A stretch of 64,000 nt of DNA from contig CM075989.1 of NCBI GenBank assembly GCA_038087875.1, positions 4,588,001-4,652,000 on the forward strand, written 5' to 3'. How positions within the stretch are numbered: position 1 is the stretch's first letter; every line of letters begins with the position of its first letter. The stretch comes from Malacoraja senta (lineage: Eukaryota). The position numbers and the translations under genes are program-made. The notes beneath the pieces were generated by a model. The model searched no databases, was not told the origin of the DNA, and saw only the letters and a program-made list of their open reading frames with translations. Shown in pieces: positions 13,521 through 25,705 of this stretch.

Positions 13521-16356
13521 CAAACCAAAACACTTTCATGTTTGTCTCTGCCATGGTACTTTTCTGCATCATTAGTCTGAGCCCTTGATATCTCAGTATT
13601 TTTCCACAATCAGTATGCTTTACTCACATTACAGTACAGTGTAGTGTGGACTACTTTAGGGCAGCACAGTGGTGCAGTGATAGAGTTGCTGCCTTACAAC
13701 GCCAGAGACTTGGTTTTGATCCTGACGGAGGGTGCTGTCTGTATGGAGTTTGCACGTTCTCCCTGTGACTGCATGGGTTTTCTACGGGTGCTCTGGTTTC
13801 CTGCCACATTTCAAAGACATACAGGTCTGTAGGTTAATTGGCTTCGGTAAACATTTTAAATTGTCCCTAGTGTGTAGGATAGTGCTAGTGTATGGGGATC
13901 ACTGGTCTGCACGGGCTCATTGGGCTGAAGGACCTGTTTCCACACTGTATCTCTAAAGTCCAAAGTAAAATAGCCCACCCAGTAAAGCATGGACTACTTT
14001 GTAATGAAATTGTGGTTTAAGTGTGATTCTGAACCAAAGAACATTGGCCGAGATATTTATCTGCAGAATAACAGACATTGCACAGACAATAGGTCAAAGG
14101 GGCTGAAGAAGGGTCTCGACCCGAAATGTCACCTATTCCTTCTCTCCAGAGATGCTGCATGCCCCGCTGAGTTATTCCAGCATTTTGTGTCTATCTTCGA
14201 TTTAAACCAGCATCTGCTGTTCTTTCCGACACATTATTTGTGCAAATTTCTGGAAAAGTTTACACTAATCATTAATAGCACATGGAGTTATTGCATATTA
14301 ATAGCATATATTTCACATATGCTTGCAATGTTTTTTACAGTAAGCAGTTTGCTCAGAGGCCTAGCTGATAATATCCAAGTTCCTTTCTGGCAAGATTTTG
14401 CATCATTGGTCTTAATAGCAAGTGTGACTGTTCACTCTCATTGCAACTTTTACTGAAGGCACACAGCATTATTTAGAGGGCCAGGCACATCTCTCCTGCA
14501 GGCTTTTGCAAAGTGCTGCACAACTCTCGGCAAATCCAACATCAAGCTGGAAAGAGTGCAGAAAAGATTTACGAGGATGTTCCCAGGACATGTTGGCTTG
14601 AACCATAAGGGGAGGTTCGGCAGGCTTGGACTTTATTCCTTGGAACTCAGGAAGATGATGGGCGATCTTATACAGGTGTATATAATTATGGGGGGGATAG
14701 GCTGAATGTACAGTCTTTTTTTGCAGGAGTAGGGGAATCAAGAACTAGAGGGAATAGGCTTAAGGCGAGAGGGGAAGATTTAATAGGAACCTGATGGGCA
14801 ACATTTGCACACAGAGGATATAACAAGATAGGCACAAAATGCTGGAGTAACTCTGCGGGTCCTGCAGATTCTCAGAGAGAAAAGGAATAGGTGGCATTTC
14901 GGGTTAGAACCATTCTTCAGACTCAAGGGTTCCGACCCGAAACATCACCTATTCTTTGTCTCCAGCGATGCTGCCTGACCTGCAGAGTTACACCAGCATT
15001 TTGTGTCTATCTTCGCTATAAAACCAGCATCTGCAGTTCCTTCCCACACTTATGGAAGGAGCTGCGTGAGGAAGTAATTGAGAAAGATACTTTAAAAACA
15101 TTTTTAGGAAAGGTTGAGAGGGATTTGGGTCAAACACGGGTAAATGGAACCAGCTTTGGTAACTTGGTCAGCATGGGCGGGTTGGGCTCTGTGGCTCTGT
15201 GACTCTGTGACTCCAAGTACATAAGCTTAAACTGGATTCCCAGTCACCAGGATTCAGATTGGTTTCAGCAAGTTCAGAATGCACTGGCACAAAGTATCAG
15301 AAAAAAAACTTCCTACAAATAAATTAAGTTTGTTCGTTGTTCATCAGATGAAAAAATACAAACTGGTGGAAAGAAATCTAACAACAGAGGATATACCAAA
15401 CACCAACTGCACCCAGGTTTCACCAGGAACCATCCACTAACCAACACTACCTGCAACGTCAATGTTTTCATCCACAAAGTTGTCATCAATCACATCTGTG
15501 ACCCAAGGACGGAATACCGTCGGTAGCATGGTGTAGCAGTAGAGTTGCTGCCTTACAGCACCAGAGACCTACGTTCAATCCTGATTGCGGATGCTGTCTG
15601 AATGGATTTTGTCCGTTCTCCCTATGACAGCGTGGGCTTTCACCGGGTGCTCCGGTTACCCCCCACATTCCATAGATGTGCAGGTTTGTAGGTTAATTGG
15701 CTGTTGTAAATTGTCCCTGGTAGGATAGTAGTGTATGGGTGATTGCTAGTCGGCATGGACTCGATGGGGCAAAGGACCTGTCGCTCCGCTGTATCTCTAA
15801 ACAAAACTAAGCTAAGATTTGAGGGATTTTGATACAAATGACCTTTACTCCTCCACCTTTCAAAGCCCCCAAGACTGTTAACGTGACCCCTGTTAAACCA
15901 AAGCAATAAAGATCTGGTCAGCCAAACATTGCAAGATATAAATCAAGTTGACCAGTATTAGCTGACATATTTTGGGACATTTTAACATATACTTTTCCAC
16001 CTCTCACATTGAAGTGTTAAGATGCGGCATTATTGAGTGGGAAGAGCAAAATAGTTGAAGTGAATATTATTAATCAAATAAATTACAACTGCTACATAGT
16101 TTTGAAATTGGATACATTAAATATATAACAAGTATTAAATCCTTAAATCTTTTGCACTAGAGCAGATGCACGATTACCAGCCTAAGTATTGAGCACAATT
16201 ATAGGTAACTAGTCCATGGTTGTTTGATGTAGTGAATTTTGTAGGAAAAAGAGAGGCAGACTAGAAATGAGAAAAAAATGGCGGTAAAATCTCCCAACAA
16301 GGGGCACTCCATGGTCCACAGAATTGCAGCATGATAAGGAACCGAAAAAGAACCAT

Positions 16357-16695
16357 AGACAGGCACAAAAATCTGGAGTAACTCAGCGGGTGAGACAGCA
16401 TCTCAGGAGAAAAGGAATAGGTAACGTTTTGGGTCGTGACCTTTCTTCAGACTGAGAGTCAGGGGGAAAGCAAACAAGAGATATAGACGGTGATATAGAG
16501 AGATATACTGGAGAACAAATGATATGCAAAAAAGTAACGATGATAAAGGAAGCAGACCATTGTTAGCTGTGGGCTAGGTGAAAACGAGTTACAGACAATG
16601 AAATTCAATAGGATGACATTGAAACTAGTTCAACGACTAGGGTGGGGGAGGGATGGAGAGAGAGGGGATGGAAGGCTTAGTTGAAGTTGGAAACC
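16357..16695 (-). mobile_element. Penelope pLTR long fragment
   Basis: Reverse complement of the 23.4-23.76 kb pLTR. Confidence 0.78.
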
Positions 16696-17383
16696 ATGTC
16701 AAGTTTCTCAGAATATTCAAGCTTTCCAAAAGGAACAGAGAGAATCGCCCTGATCATTAATACTTCTTTGTTCAAATACAAGCAGGCAGCCATGACTTTT
16801 ATCAGTCTGAGATACTGGGAAGATTGAGGGAACATTATTGCCCAAAAAATATTCACCACTCCACTCAAACAAAAAAGGTGAAACTTCAAAAAGATAATTG
16901 CCAAAATGTGAATGGACTTTTTATGGACAAAATATGCAGAATTGCCACAGTACAGTTCCTGTGTCCCACAGTTTCAAGTGCAGTAGACAACAGTAATTTG
17001 GTTGGTGGGTATATGGAACGGTAGTTGAGGGAGGTACAATGCATTTAAAAGACATTTGGACAGGTACATGGATGGGAAAGGTTTAGAGGGATATGGGCCA
17101 AAAGTAGGCTTATGGAACTAGTGTAGATGCGGCATCTTGGTCAGTATGGACGAGTTGGGCCGAAGGACCCATTTCTGTGCTGTTTGAATCTATGAGAAAA
17201 ATAGCCAAAAAATCTCAAGGAAGATACTGTATCAAGTAAATTAAACTTCCAACTGCAGAAGATACATGGCAAAAGACGGGTCTCGTTCATAGATGCTGCC
17301 TCACCCGCTGAGTTTCTCCAGCATTTTTGTCTACCTAAGATACATGGCAACATGGGTTGTTAGCCAAACATCTAAAAGTTGAG

Positions 17384-17600
17384 ATAGAAACAAAAAGCTG
17401 CAGTAACTCAACGGAGAAAAGGAATGGGTGACGTTTCGGGTCGAGACCCTTCTTCAGTACTGTCTGAAGTCTGAAGAAAGGTCTCGACCCGAAACGTCAC
17501 CTATTCCTTTTCTCCAATAGATGTTGTCTGACCTGCTGAGTTACTCCAGCTTTTTGTGTCTATCTTCGGTTTAAACCAGCATCTGCAGTTCCTTCCTGCG
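17384..17600. mobile_element. head-to-head Penelope-derived pair
   Basis: Minus copy then plus copy joined at cttcag..ctgaag; diverged 15-bp TSD (17369-17383 / 17601-17615). Confidence 0.82.
17430..17457 (-). ncRNA. minimal hammerhead ribozyme-like core (Penelope type), representative copy
   Basis: CUGAAGA-A-GGGU(CUCG)ACCC-GAAA-CGUC; identical copy at 62844-62871 (-), variants at 21343-21370 (+) and 54165-54192 (-). Confidence 0.6.
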
Positions 17601-18357
17601 CATCTAAATGCTGAGGTTGGAAAAATTCAACAATCTGAATCCATTTTTCAGTTCAAGGTAACTGGGTTCTGAAGCCATGGTGTATAAATCACCATCAAGG
17701 CACGGATCAGCAACTACAGTCGGACAAGTACAATGGAATCAGCACTGTTGGCAAGAAGGTACAGTACAGAACAGGATAATCCTGTGGATCGAGATCCATA
17801 CAGAATGTGCTTTCACAGCACTCTGACAAGCCTAAATCTTGAACTGGTTCAGTCACACAACAGGCAGTGTTGAGCTATCAGCCACGGTCTTTCATTTTAA
17901 AGCTGAGGAGGAAAGATTTGGAATAATCCATTTGCACCCGCCTTGTACAAATCTTCAGATCATCAACTCTGAATGCATGATCTAGAGGGTGGAGATTCAC
18001 AAACTGCAAGCAGACATCACTGTTATTCCATGTAAAGTCATCTTCCCTCTCACACAATCCAAGCTAATTTATGTTTATTGCGGCAATGTAAATCATCACA
18101 TTGCTACATTTTTTTACACATGATGCATTTCCATATGCGCAGATCGTCACGGTGGCACAGCGGCAGAATTGCTGCCTTACAGCGACGGAGACCTGGGTTC
18201 GGATCCTGACTACAGGTGCTGTCTGTATGGAGTTTGTGCGTTCTATCTGTGACCTGTGTTGGTTTTCTCCGAGATCTTCGGTTTCCTCCCACACTCCAAA
18301 GACGTACAGGTTTGTAGGTTAATTGTAAATTGTCCCTAGTGGGTGTAGGTAGTGTTA

Positions 18358-18826
18358 TGCCCCAGTCCCACTTAGGAAACCTGAACGGTTGCAGGTAGTG
18401 GAAAGTAAGACCTTTTTTTCACCCAGTTTTAATCCACCAGGGAGGTCTTACCTTCCACTACCTGCAACCTCCGGCAACCACCTTCAACTAGCAACACAAA
18501 CCGGCTTCAACTAAAAAATTACCGATTTTTAAAACGGCAACCTATGTTTAGTCGCAGGTACACAAAAATGCTGGAGAAACTCAGCGGGTGCAGCAGCATC
18601 TATGGAGCGAAGGAAATAGGTAACGTTTCGGGCCGAATGTTTAGTCGCAGCCGGTTTTGAATTTTTTGAAATAATCGCCGGAACATAGAAGAAGCGTAAA
18701 CCACTTTCGACCATTAGGGAGACTGACAAAAACCTCCGGGATCCTCCGGGAACCGCACGGAAAGCTTAGGTGGGGCGCAAAGTCTCCAGAGGTTTCCGTT
18801 CAGGTTTCCTAAGTGGGACAGGGGCA
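18358..18826. mobile_element. PIF/Harbinger-like MITE, internal type i
   Basis: 31-bp TIR TGCCCC(A/T)GTCCCACTTAGGAAACCTGAACGG (1 mismatch); TTA at 18355-57 and 18827-29. Confidence 0.85.
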
Positions 18827-18829
18827 TTA

Positions 18830-19075
18830 AGGGCCTGTCCCACTTTCACGACCTAATTCACAACCTTTTTTACTCGTGAACATTTTTCATCAGGCTAGAA
18901 AAACGCCCCGACTTACTTGATGCCACGAGAACCTACGACTAGCATCACGGCCTGCTATGACCTACCTACGGCCTCCTACGACCTCCTCCAACTCGTGACG
19001 ACCATGCTGCGAGTATGAGTCAAGGGCAAACTCGGCAGAGGTCGTGAATTAGGTCGTGAAAGTGGGACAGGCCCT
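18830..19075. mobile_element. PIF/Harbinger-like MITE, type ii
   Basis: TIR AGGGCCTGTCCCACTTTCACGACCTAATTCAC; TTA on both sides. Confidence 0.87.
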
Positions 19076-21094
19076 TTAGTGTGCAGGGATCACTGGTCAG
19101 CGCGGACTCAGTGGGCCGAAGGGCCTGTTTCCGCACTGTATCTCTAACACTAAACTAAGATCACCGTATCACGAACTGTAAGGTAAAAACAAGTGTACGC
19201 CAGTGTGGTGCATCAAATGAAAGCAAGTTTGAACCCGATTGTGTTTGTGGTGTTGAGTGGTCATCTGTTACTCCTGCGGGCAATTCAAATGATGGATTGA
19301 ATTGAAGAGCCTTTAAGGTTGTTCTTGACATAAGGACAAAGAATTATATTCATGACCACCAGGGTAAAGTGCCTGCTCTTTCCATGAGATAGAGGCATAC
19401 AACCAGAAATTATGTGGAGGTGAGAAAAAAAATTGGATTACGACCTTATGGACTGAGTTCTTATTACAACCAGAGTAGGTTTGTTACAAATGTGCCCCCG
19501 AACAAGATGTGGATCCATTTGTTCTGCTTTTGGAACGTCAAGTAAGGACCTTGTGGTGTTTAGGCAGCATGACCACTTGTCAAGTAGCACTGTGCTACTT
19601 ACCTGATGGAGGATGGAGGATGGAAGAACAGCTTGTAACCATGGATCTGTATCCAAGCACAATCAGGAGAGAAGTGGAGAGTAATGTGGAGACATGTAGA
19701 AGGGGGATGAAAATGAAATGGAAAATATTCCAGGCGTACACGCGTCGCTGAACAGCAGACTACTAAAACACAAGGTGCTGTGGAGGGAATGGATGGGTGA
19801 CATGAAGGGTTTCGGCCCGAATCGTTGCCTATTTCCTTCGCTCCATAGATGCTGCTGCACCTGCTGAGTTTCTCCAGCATTTTTGTGTACCTTCGATTTT
19901 CCAGCATCTGCAGTTCCTTCTTAAACACGGGTGACATTTCTGGTCAGGATCCTTCCTCAGGCTGATCTGACCCAAAGCCTTGCCTGTCCATTCCCTCCAC
20001 AGATGCCGCCTGACCCGCTGAGTTACTCCAGAACTTTGTGCTTTGCTCAGGAATCCAGCATCTGCAGTTCCTCGTGTCAGCAAATTACTAAAGATCGTTT
20101 GTCAAATGGAAATGAAAGTTCAGCAGGAGCACAGTGTCTATTTCACTCAACAGCAACATGTCAGCGATCACTTCTGTACTCTGTAACCCAGTGCTTTGAT
20201 CAATGTCATCAGTGTTATTATTATTAACATACACTCTCTGAGTTCTATATTTTCTTGTTACAGGTAATCATTGTTGGCTTATCTGGGATTATACAACAGT
20301 AAAATGATACCCTGGTGTATTGTAGGTTGTTCTGCCACTGCACACTGCGCAGTTAGAATCCATCAACAACAGAATTACCTTTCACATGTCTGAAATGCCT
20401 AAGGCATGTTACAATACCTCATACTGCACAATGAATGGGTAGAAATGATTTTCAAAGCTGAAAAGTGTCAAAAGATATAAACTGAGAGAGGAATATGGGT
20501 GGTTTGATCAAATCTATCAAGTTCTAGTGAATTTGGTGCAAAACTAATTGTATGTCACAAGTTCTGAACATTAGTAGACATACATACAATGCTATGCTCC
20601 TGGAAACAGTGACGTCCAGGTTCAGGTACAGCCTCTTCCCAACAACCATCAGGCTCTTGAACACTACAAACATTGACTAAACTACAAACTGTGTTCGTTG
20701 CACTAGGGACCACGGGCTTTAGTTTTGCATTAATATTGTATTTTTTCAATTTATTGAGTTTTTTTTTGTTTATTTGGTTATCTCTGCATACTGCATTTAC
20801 CTGTTATGCTGCTGCAAGTAAGAATTTCATTGTTCCTTTTATAGTACCCATGACAATTAAAAACTCCTCCTGCTTGGGAATGACTGTTAAAATCTTATCA
20901 TTTTACACAATATGAAGAAGGCTAATCAGTGTATCTTGTCTGTGCCAACTCTGAGAGATCTGTATAATTATGCCTTACAACAGGAACAATTTTTAGCACA
21001 TTTGTTATGAATGATTTGTGTATGGATTGGACCTAGATGGAGATAATTTCTAGGTTGTTGTAAACCATTAGCAACCACTGACTGCAGCTCAGCA

Positions 21095-22210
21095 TTCAAC
21101 ACCATAATTTCAAAATAAACTAATCTCTAAACTTCTAGACCTTGGACTTGGAGCCATCTATAACTGACTGCTGGACTTCCTGACCAGTAGACCTCAGTAG
21201 ATCAGAATTGGTCCGAACATCTCCTCCACCATGACCCTCACTACTGGTGCACCTCAGGTTTGTATGCTCAGTCTCTTGCTCTACTTCCAGTACACACATG
21301 ACCATGTGGCCAAGCACAACACCAGCCCTGATGTTCTTGAGTCTGAAGAAGGGTCACGACCCGAAACGTCACCAATTCCTTCTCTCCAGAGACGCTGCCT
21401 GTCCGGCTGAGTTACTCCAGCTTTTTGTGTCTACCTTTGGTTTAATCCAGCATCTGCAGTTCCTTCCTACACCAACCCTTACGTTCACTGTTGATACCAC
21501 CGTTGTTGGCCGGTTCTTCAACAACAATAAGATAAAGTCCAGGAAAGAGATCGAGAAACATTTTGTCATGGTATCAGGGCAATAACCTAACCCTTAACAT
21601 CAGCAAGACAAAAGAGTTAGTTGTTAACCGAAGGAAGTGAGGGGCTGAACACTTCTCCATCCTCATCAACGGAGCTGCTGTAGAGATGGTCGACAACTTC
21701 AAGTTCTTAAGCATCCATATCAGCAGCAACCATCACCTTCCCTGCTTCTTTCACACTGATGCAGTGATTTAAGAAAGTTTATCGGCTGATTTACTTTCTT
21801 AGGTGTAGGAAGGAACTGCAGATGCTGGTTTACACCGTAGACACAAAATGCTGGAGTAACTCAGCGGTCAGGCAGCAGCGTCTCTGGAGAAAATGAATAG
21901 ATTACATTTCGGGTCGACACCCTTCTTCAGACTTCTTTTCTTAGGTGTCTGAGAAGATTTGGCATGTCCACAGGGGCTATCTTGAACTTCTACAGATGCC
22001 CTTTAGAAATTATTCTGACAGGATCCAGCTCAGTCTGGTACAGGAACTGGACCGTGTCACTTCCTTCCACCCAGTCCATCAGGAAGGCAGGAAGTATGGT
22101 CATGGGTGCCTCGTACGCTGGCCATTTCCTTGTCTCTCTTCTACCTTCTGGAAGAACACACAGGAGATTGAAACCACAGACCCCCAGACTAAAGAACAGC
22201 TTCTTCCCCA
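21095..22210 (+). mobile_element. old Rex1/Babar LINE, interrupted by two Penelope-derived elements
   Basis: TLTTGAPQVCMLSLLLYFQYTHD, DTTVVG, NFYRCPLEIILT, LPSGR..RLKNSFFP remnants. Confidence 0.75.
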
Positions 22211-23254
22211 CTGCTCTCACACTACTGCGCTAAAGTTCTCTTTCACACCCTCTTCCTCTTTCCCTAGTCATAATCATCTCACCTTAATCCGTTATTCCAT
22301 TATTGTACTATAATCTTTTTTTCCACAGATTTTTCCCTACGAACTTACACCATTCTGCAGTTTTGCACTCAATGATTCCATTATACTTTATTGTCACACG
22401 TAACTAAATACAGTACATTGCTTTGTTTTGCATACAACCCGGTAAAATCATACAGCAGACCTCACCTCGGCTGCACACAAAATTGCAAAAGTTACTCATC
22501 ATTATATTTATTGTTTTATTTACCATTACTGTATGTATACTATTTACTCTGTGAGCTTCATGTAAGTAAGGAATTTCATTACACCCTGGTGTATATGCCA
22601 ATCAAACTAACATATCCTAATATATGACACCATTCAGTCACTGCGACCCCGGAACTAGCTTCTAGAGTGCAGGCTATGACCAACATACGGGCGACACGGT
22701 GGCGCAGCGGTAGAGTTGCTGCCCTACAGCGCCAGAGACCTGAGTTCAATCCTGACTACGGGTGATACTATGGAAGGGCGAGTATTCCACCTACATACAC
22801 CATCTCATTGCAATTTCCCCATTTAAATCTTCCCAACTGTGCCTTAAATCCGTCAAAGGAGTTTTTGGAACTGTTCACTTTTAAAAAGAAGAAACAACCA
22901 TCGAGATTAGGAAATCCTCACCTTCACCACTTTGGCTGATCAGGCCTCTGCTCAAAAATAGTGGCTCACCAATGCTGCTTTCAAATATCACATAAAGATG
23001 ATCAGACACACAGCATGTATAAAATGAGTTGATGGATGTCAATCAATAGACTAACCAAGCAACTGTGCCACAAAGCTGAAATCAAATGGGAAGCATGGGA
23101 AAAGATATTCCTTTGTGGTTTCCTCCCTCTTTACTCCGATAACTTCCTCTGATATTACAGTGCTCCAAGATCTCCAATTTTGACCCAATTCTCTCAAACA
23201 AATATGGACTGTAATTTAGAATGCAGCTCAAATCTTCATCAGATCTCCTGGTTA

Positions 23255-23765
23255 TAAAACACTTTAACTCCCCTTCCCATTCCCATACTGATCTTTCTAT
23301 CCTAGGCCTCCTCCACTGACAGAGTGAGGCCACATGTAAACTGGAGGAACAGCACCTCAAATATCGCTTGGGCACCTTTCAACCCAGCGATAAGAGAAGT
23401 GATTTCTCAAACTTCTACTAACCCTTGCATCCCCCCTCTCTCACTCTCTCTCCCTCCCTAGTTGTTGTACTAGTTTTACTGTCGTCCTGCTGAGTTTCAC
23501 TGTTTGTATAACTCATTATCACCTTCCCCACAGCCAACAATGGACCATTGTGGGCTCCACCTTTCCTTGATCATCATTGCTGGCTTTGATCTGTCTTTTT
23601 GCATATCTCTCAGTAATTTGTTCTATTTACCTTTACATATCTCTCGGTCCGCTCTCCCCTGACTCTCAGTCTGAAGAAGGGTCTTGACCCGAAACATCAT
23701 CTATTCCTTTCCTCCAGATATGCTGCCTGACCCGCTGAGCTACTCCAGCTTTTTATGTCTATCCT
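23255..23765 (+). mobile_element. Penelope-like element: GIY-YIG C-terminus plus 3' pLTR with hammerhead-like core
   Basis: HFNSPSHSHTDLSILGLLH*QSEATCKLEEQHLKYRLGTFQP..DFSNFY*, followed directly by the abundant short repeat. Confidence 0.85.
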
Positions 23766-25039
23766 CTATCAATAAACTTTGTCGACAGGTGCTGCTGTTA
23801 TCTCTATGTCGCACATTGCATTTCAAATCCTAACCTCTCATTTTACATTTTATTTACCGATGACCCCAGCATCTCCTGCTTTTCAACATTACCATGCTCC
23901 CTCATTCCATTACGGCACGGTGGCGCAGCGGTAGAGTTGCTGTCTTCCAGTGAATGCAGTGCCGGAGACCCGGGTTCGATCCCGACTAAGGGTGCTGTCT
24001 GTACAAAGTTTGTACGTTCTCCCCGTGACCTGCGTGGGTTTTCTCCGAGATCATCGGTTTCCTTCCACACTCCAAAGACCTACAGGTATGTAGGTTAATT
24101 GGCTTGGTAAATGTAAAAATCATCCCTATTGCGTACAGGATAGTGTTACTGTGCGGGGATCGCTGGACGGCGCCGACCCGGTGGGCCAAAAGGGCCTGTT
24201 TCTGCGCTGTATCTCTGAATCCTTTTCATGAATGTCTTCTGTGTCCTCTACAAAACCTTCACAGCCATTTCTTAACAATTGTCCCGTGTTGCCTCGAGTC
24301 ATCTTGCCAATGAAGTAGGTTTGGCATGTGATCCTGGCATTTCTACTCCACTTATCTACAGTATTTGTAACACATGCTTCATCCACTGTTTTGTTAGGCT
24401 GACCCACCATCTTCACAGAATTATTTACATATACCAGAGGGCTCTCACTCTTATAAATTCATACTTCTAATCGCAGTCCCAGGTAATTGTAAATGTCACA
24501 CAGGGATGGGAATAAATTCTCCAAGTGCAAATATAATTGGTCACAACAGATAGAGAGTGAGAGAAGCATAAATTCAATCTGAATTCTGATTAAGTGTCCC
24601 ATTCAAAATATTACGTCATATTATCTCTTTCAGATGTTGGTTGATATGCTGCATAATTCCAGCATCCTCCTGAGTTAAAGAGCTAATACCAACCACATTA
24701 GTCAAGAGCAGAGAGAGAATATCTACTAGTATCGCATTGGTTCAGTAGATATCATGCAGGAAGAAAATTGAGTAGAGGATAACTTCCATTTATATAGTTT
24801 AGTTCAGAGATACAGCGCGGAAACAGGCCCTTTGGCCCACTGAGTCCCCGCACATTAACGCTACCCTACACACTCTAGGGACAATTTTACATTTATACCA
24901 AGACAGTTAACCTATAAACCTGTACGTCTTTGGAGTGTGGGAGGAAACCAAAGATCTCGGAGAAAACTCGGGGTGAACGTAGAAACTCCGTACAGACAGC
25001 ATCTGTAGTCGGGATCGAACCCGGGTTTGCAGAGTCTCT

Positions 25040-25705
25040 CAATGTTTTATGGATAATGAAGCACTTTAAAGCAGTAGTCATTGTTGTAATATGGGAAACT
25101 CAGAAACACAGGGTGGCACGGTGGCGCAGCGGTAGTGTTGCTACCTTACAGCACCAGAGACCTGGGTTCAATGCTGTCTGTACGGAGTTTCCACGTTCTC
25201 TCTGTGACCGCGTGGGGTTTCGCCGGATGCTCCGGTTTCCCCCCACACTCCAAAGATGTGCAGGTTTGTAGGTTAATTGGCTTCAGGAAATTGCCCCTAG
25301 TGTGTAGGGTAGAACTAGTATGCAGGTGAGTGTTGGTCTATGTGGACTCAGTGGGCTGACGGTCCTGTATCCGCACTGTATCTTTAAACTAAACTAAACT
25401 AAACTAAAACTAATTTGCACACAACAGCTCTGGTAGAGAGCAATATGAGAATGATCGGATAATCTGCTTTTGCAGAAATGATCAAGGATAACTACTGTAC
25501 TTCTAAAAAAGTGCTGTGGGATCTATGGAGTCCACGTAACAGAGTCAATGAAATCTCAGTTTAGAATCTCAGTTTAAAGAGAGCATAGCTCTCTGTCAGT
25601 ATCTCATTGAAATATCAACATAAATTTTTATGCAGTACTCTCTGGGGGAAGATATGAACTTATTTCCTTCTAAGTGAGGGATAAAAGTGCTACCAACTGA
25701 CTAGA
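25040..25705 (-). mobile_element. ancient DeuSINE (SacSINE1-like), interrupted by an HE1 SINE at 25112-25411
   Basis: Degenerate match to the Deu domain as I recall it (aatgaagcacttt..gtagtcattgttgtaat..ggaaac; aatttgcacac; gataatctg; agtgctgtgggatct..gtccac) and a tRNA-like head at ~25650-25700. Confidence 0.6.

Noticed and set aside
18827..18833. TTAA (piggyBac/Kolobok) TSD for the MITEs
   Set aside because: The fourth base pairs as part of the TIR (A..T or T..A); right flanks read TTA-g, TTA-t and TAA-a, so the TSD is 3 bp.
22690..22765. tRNA gene (and similar A/B-box heads elsewhere)
   Set aside because: These are HE1 SINE heads that continue into SINE body; there is no proper acceptor stem or terminator.
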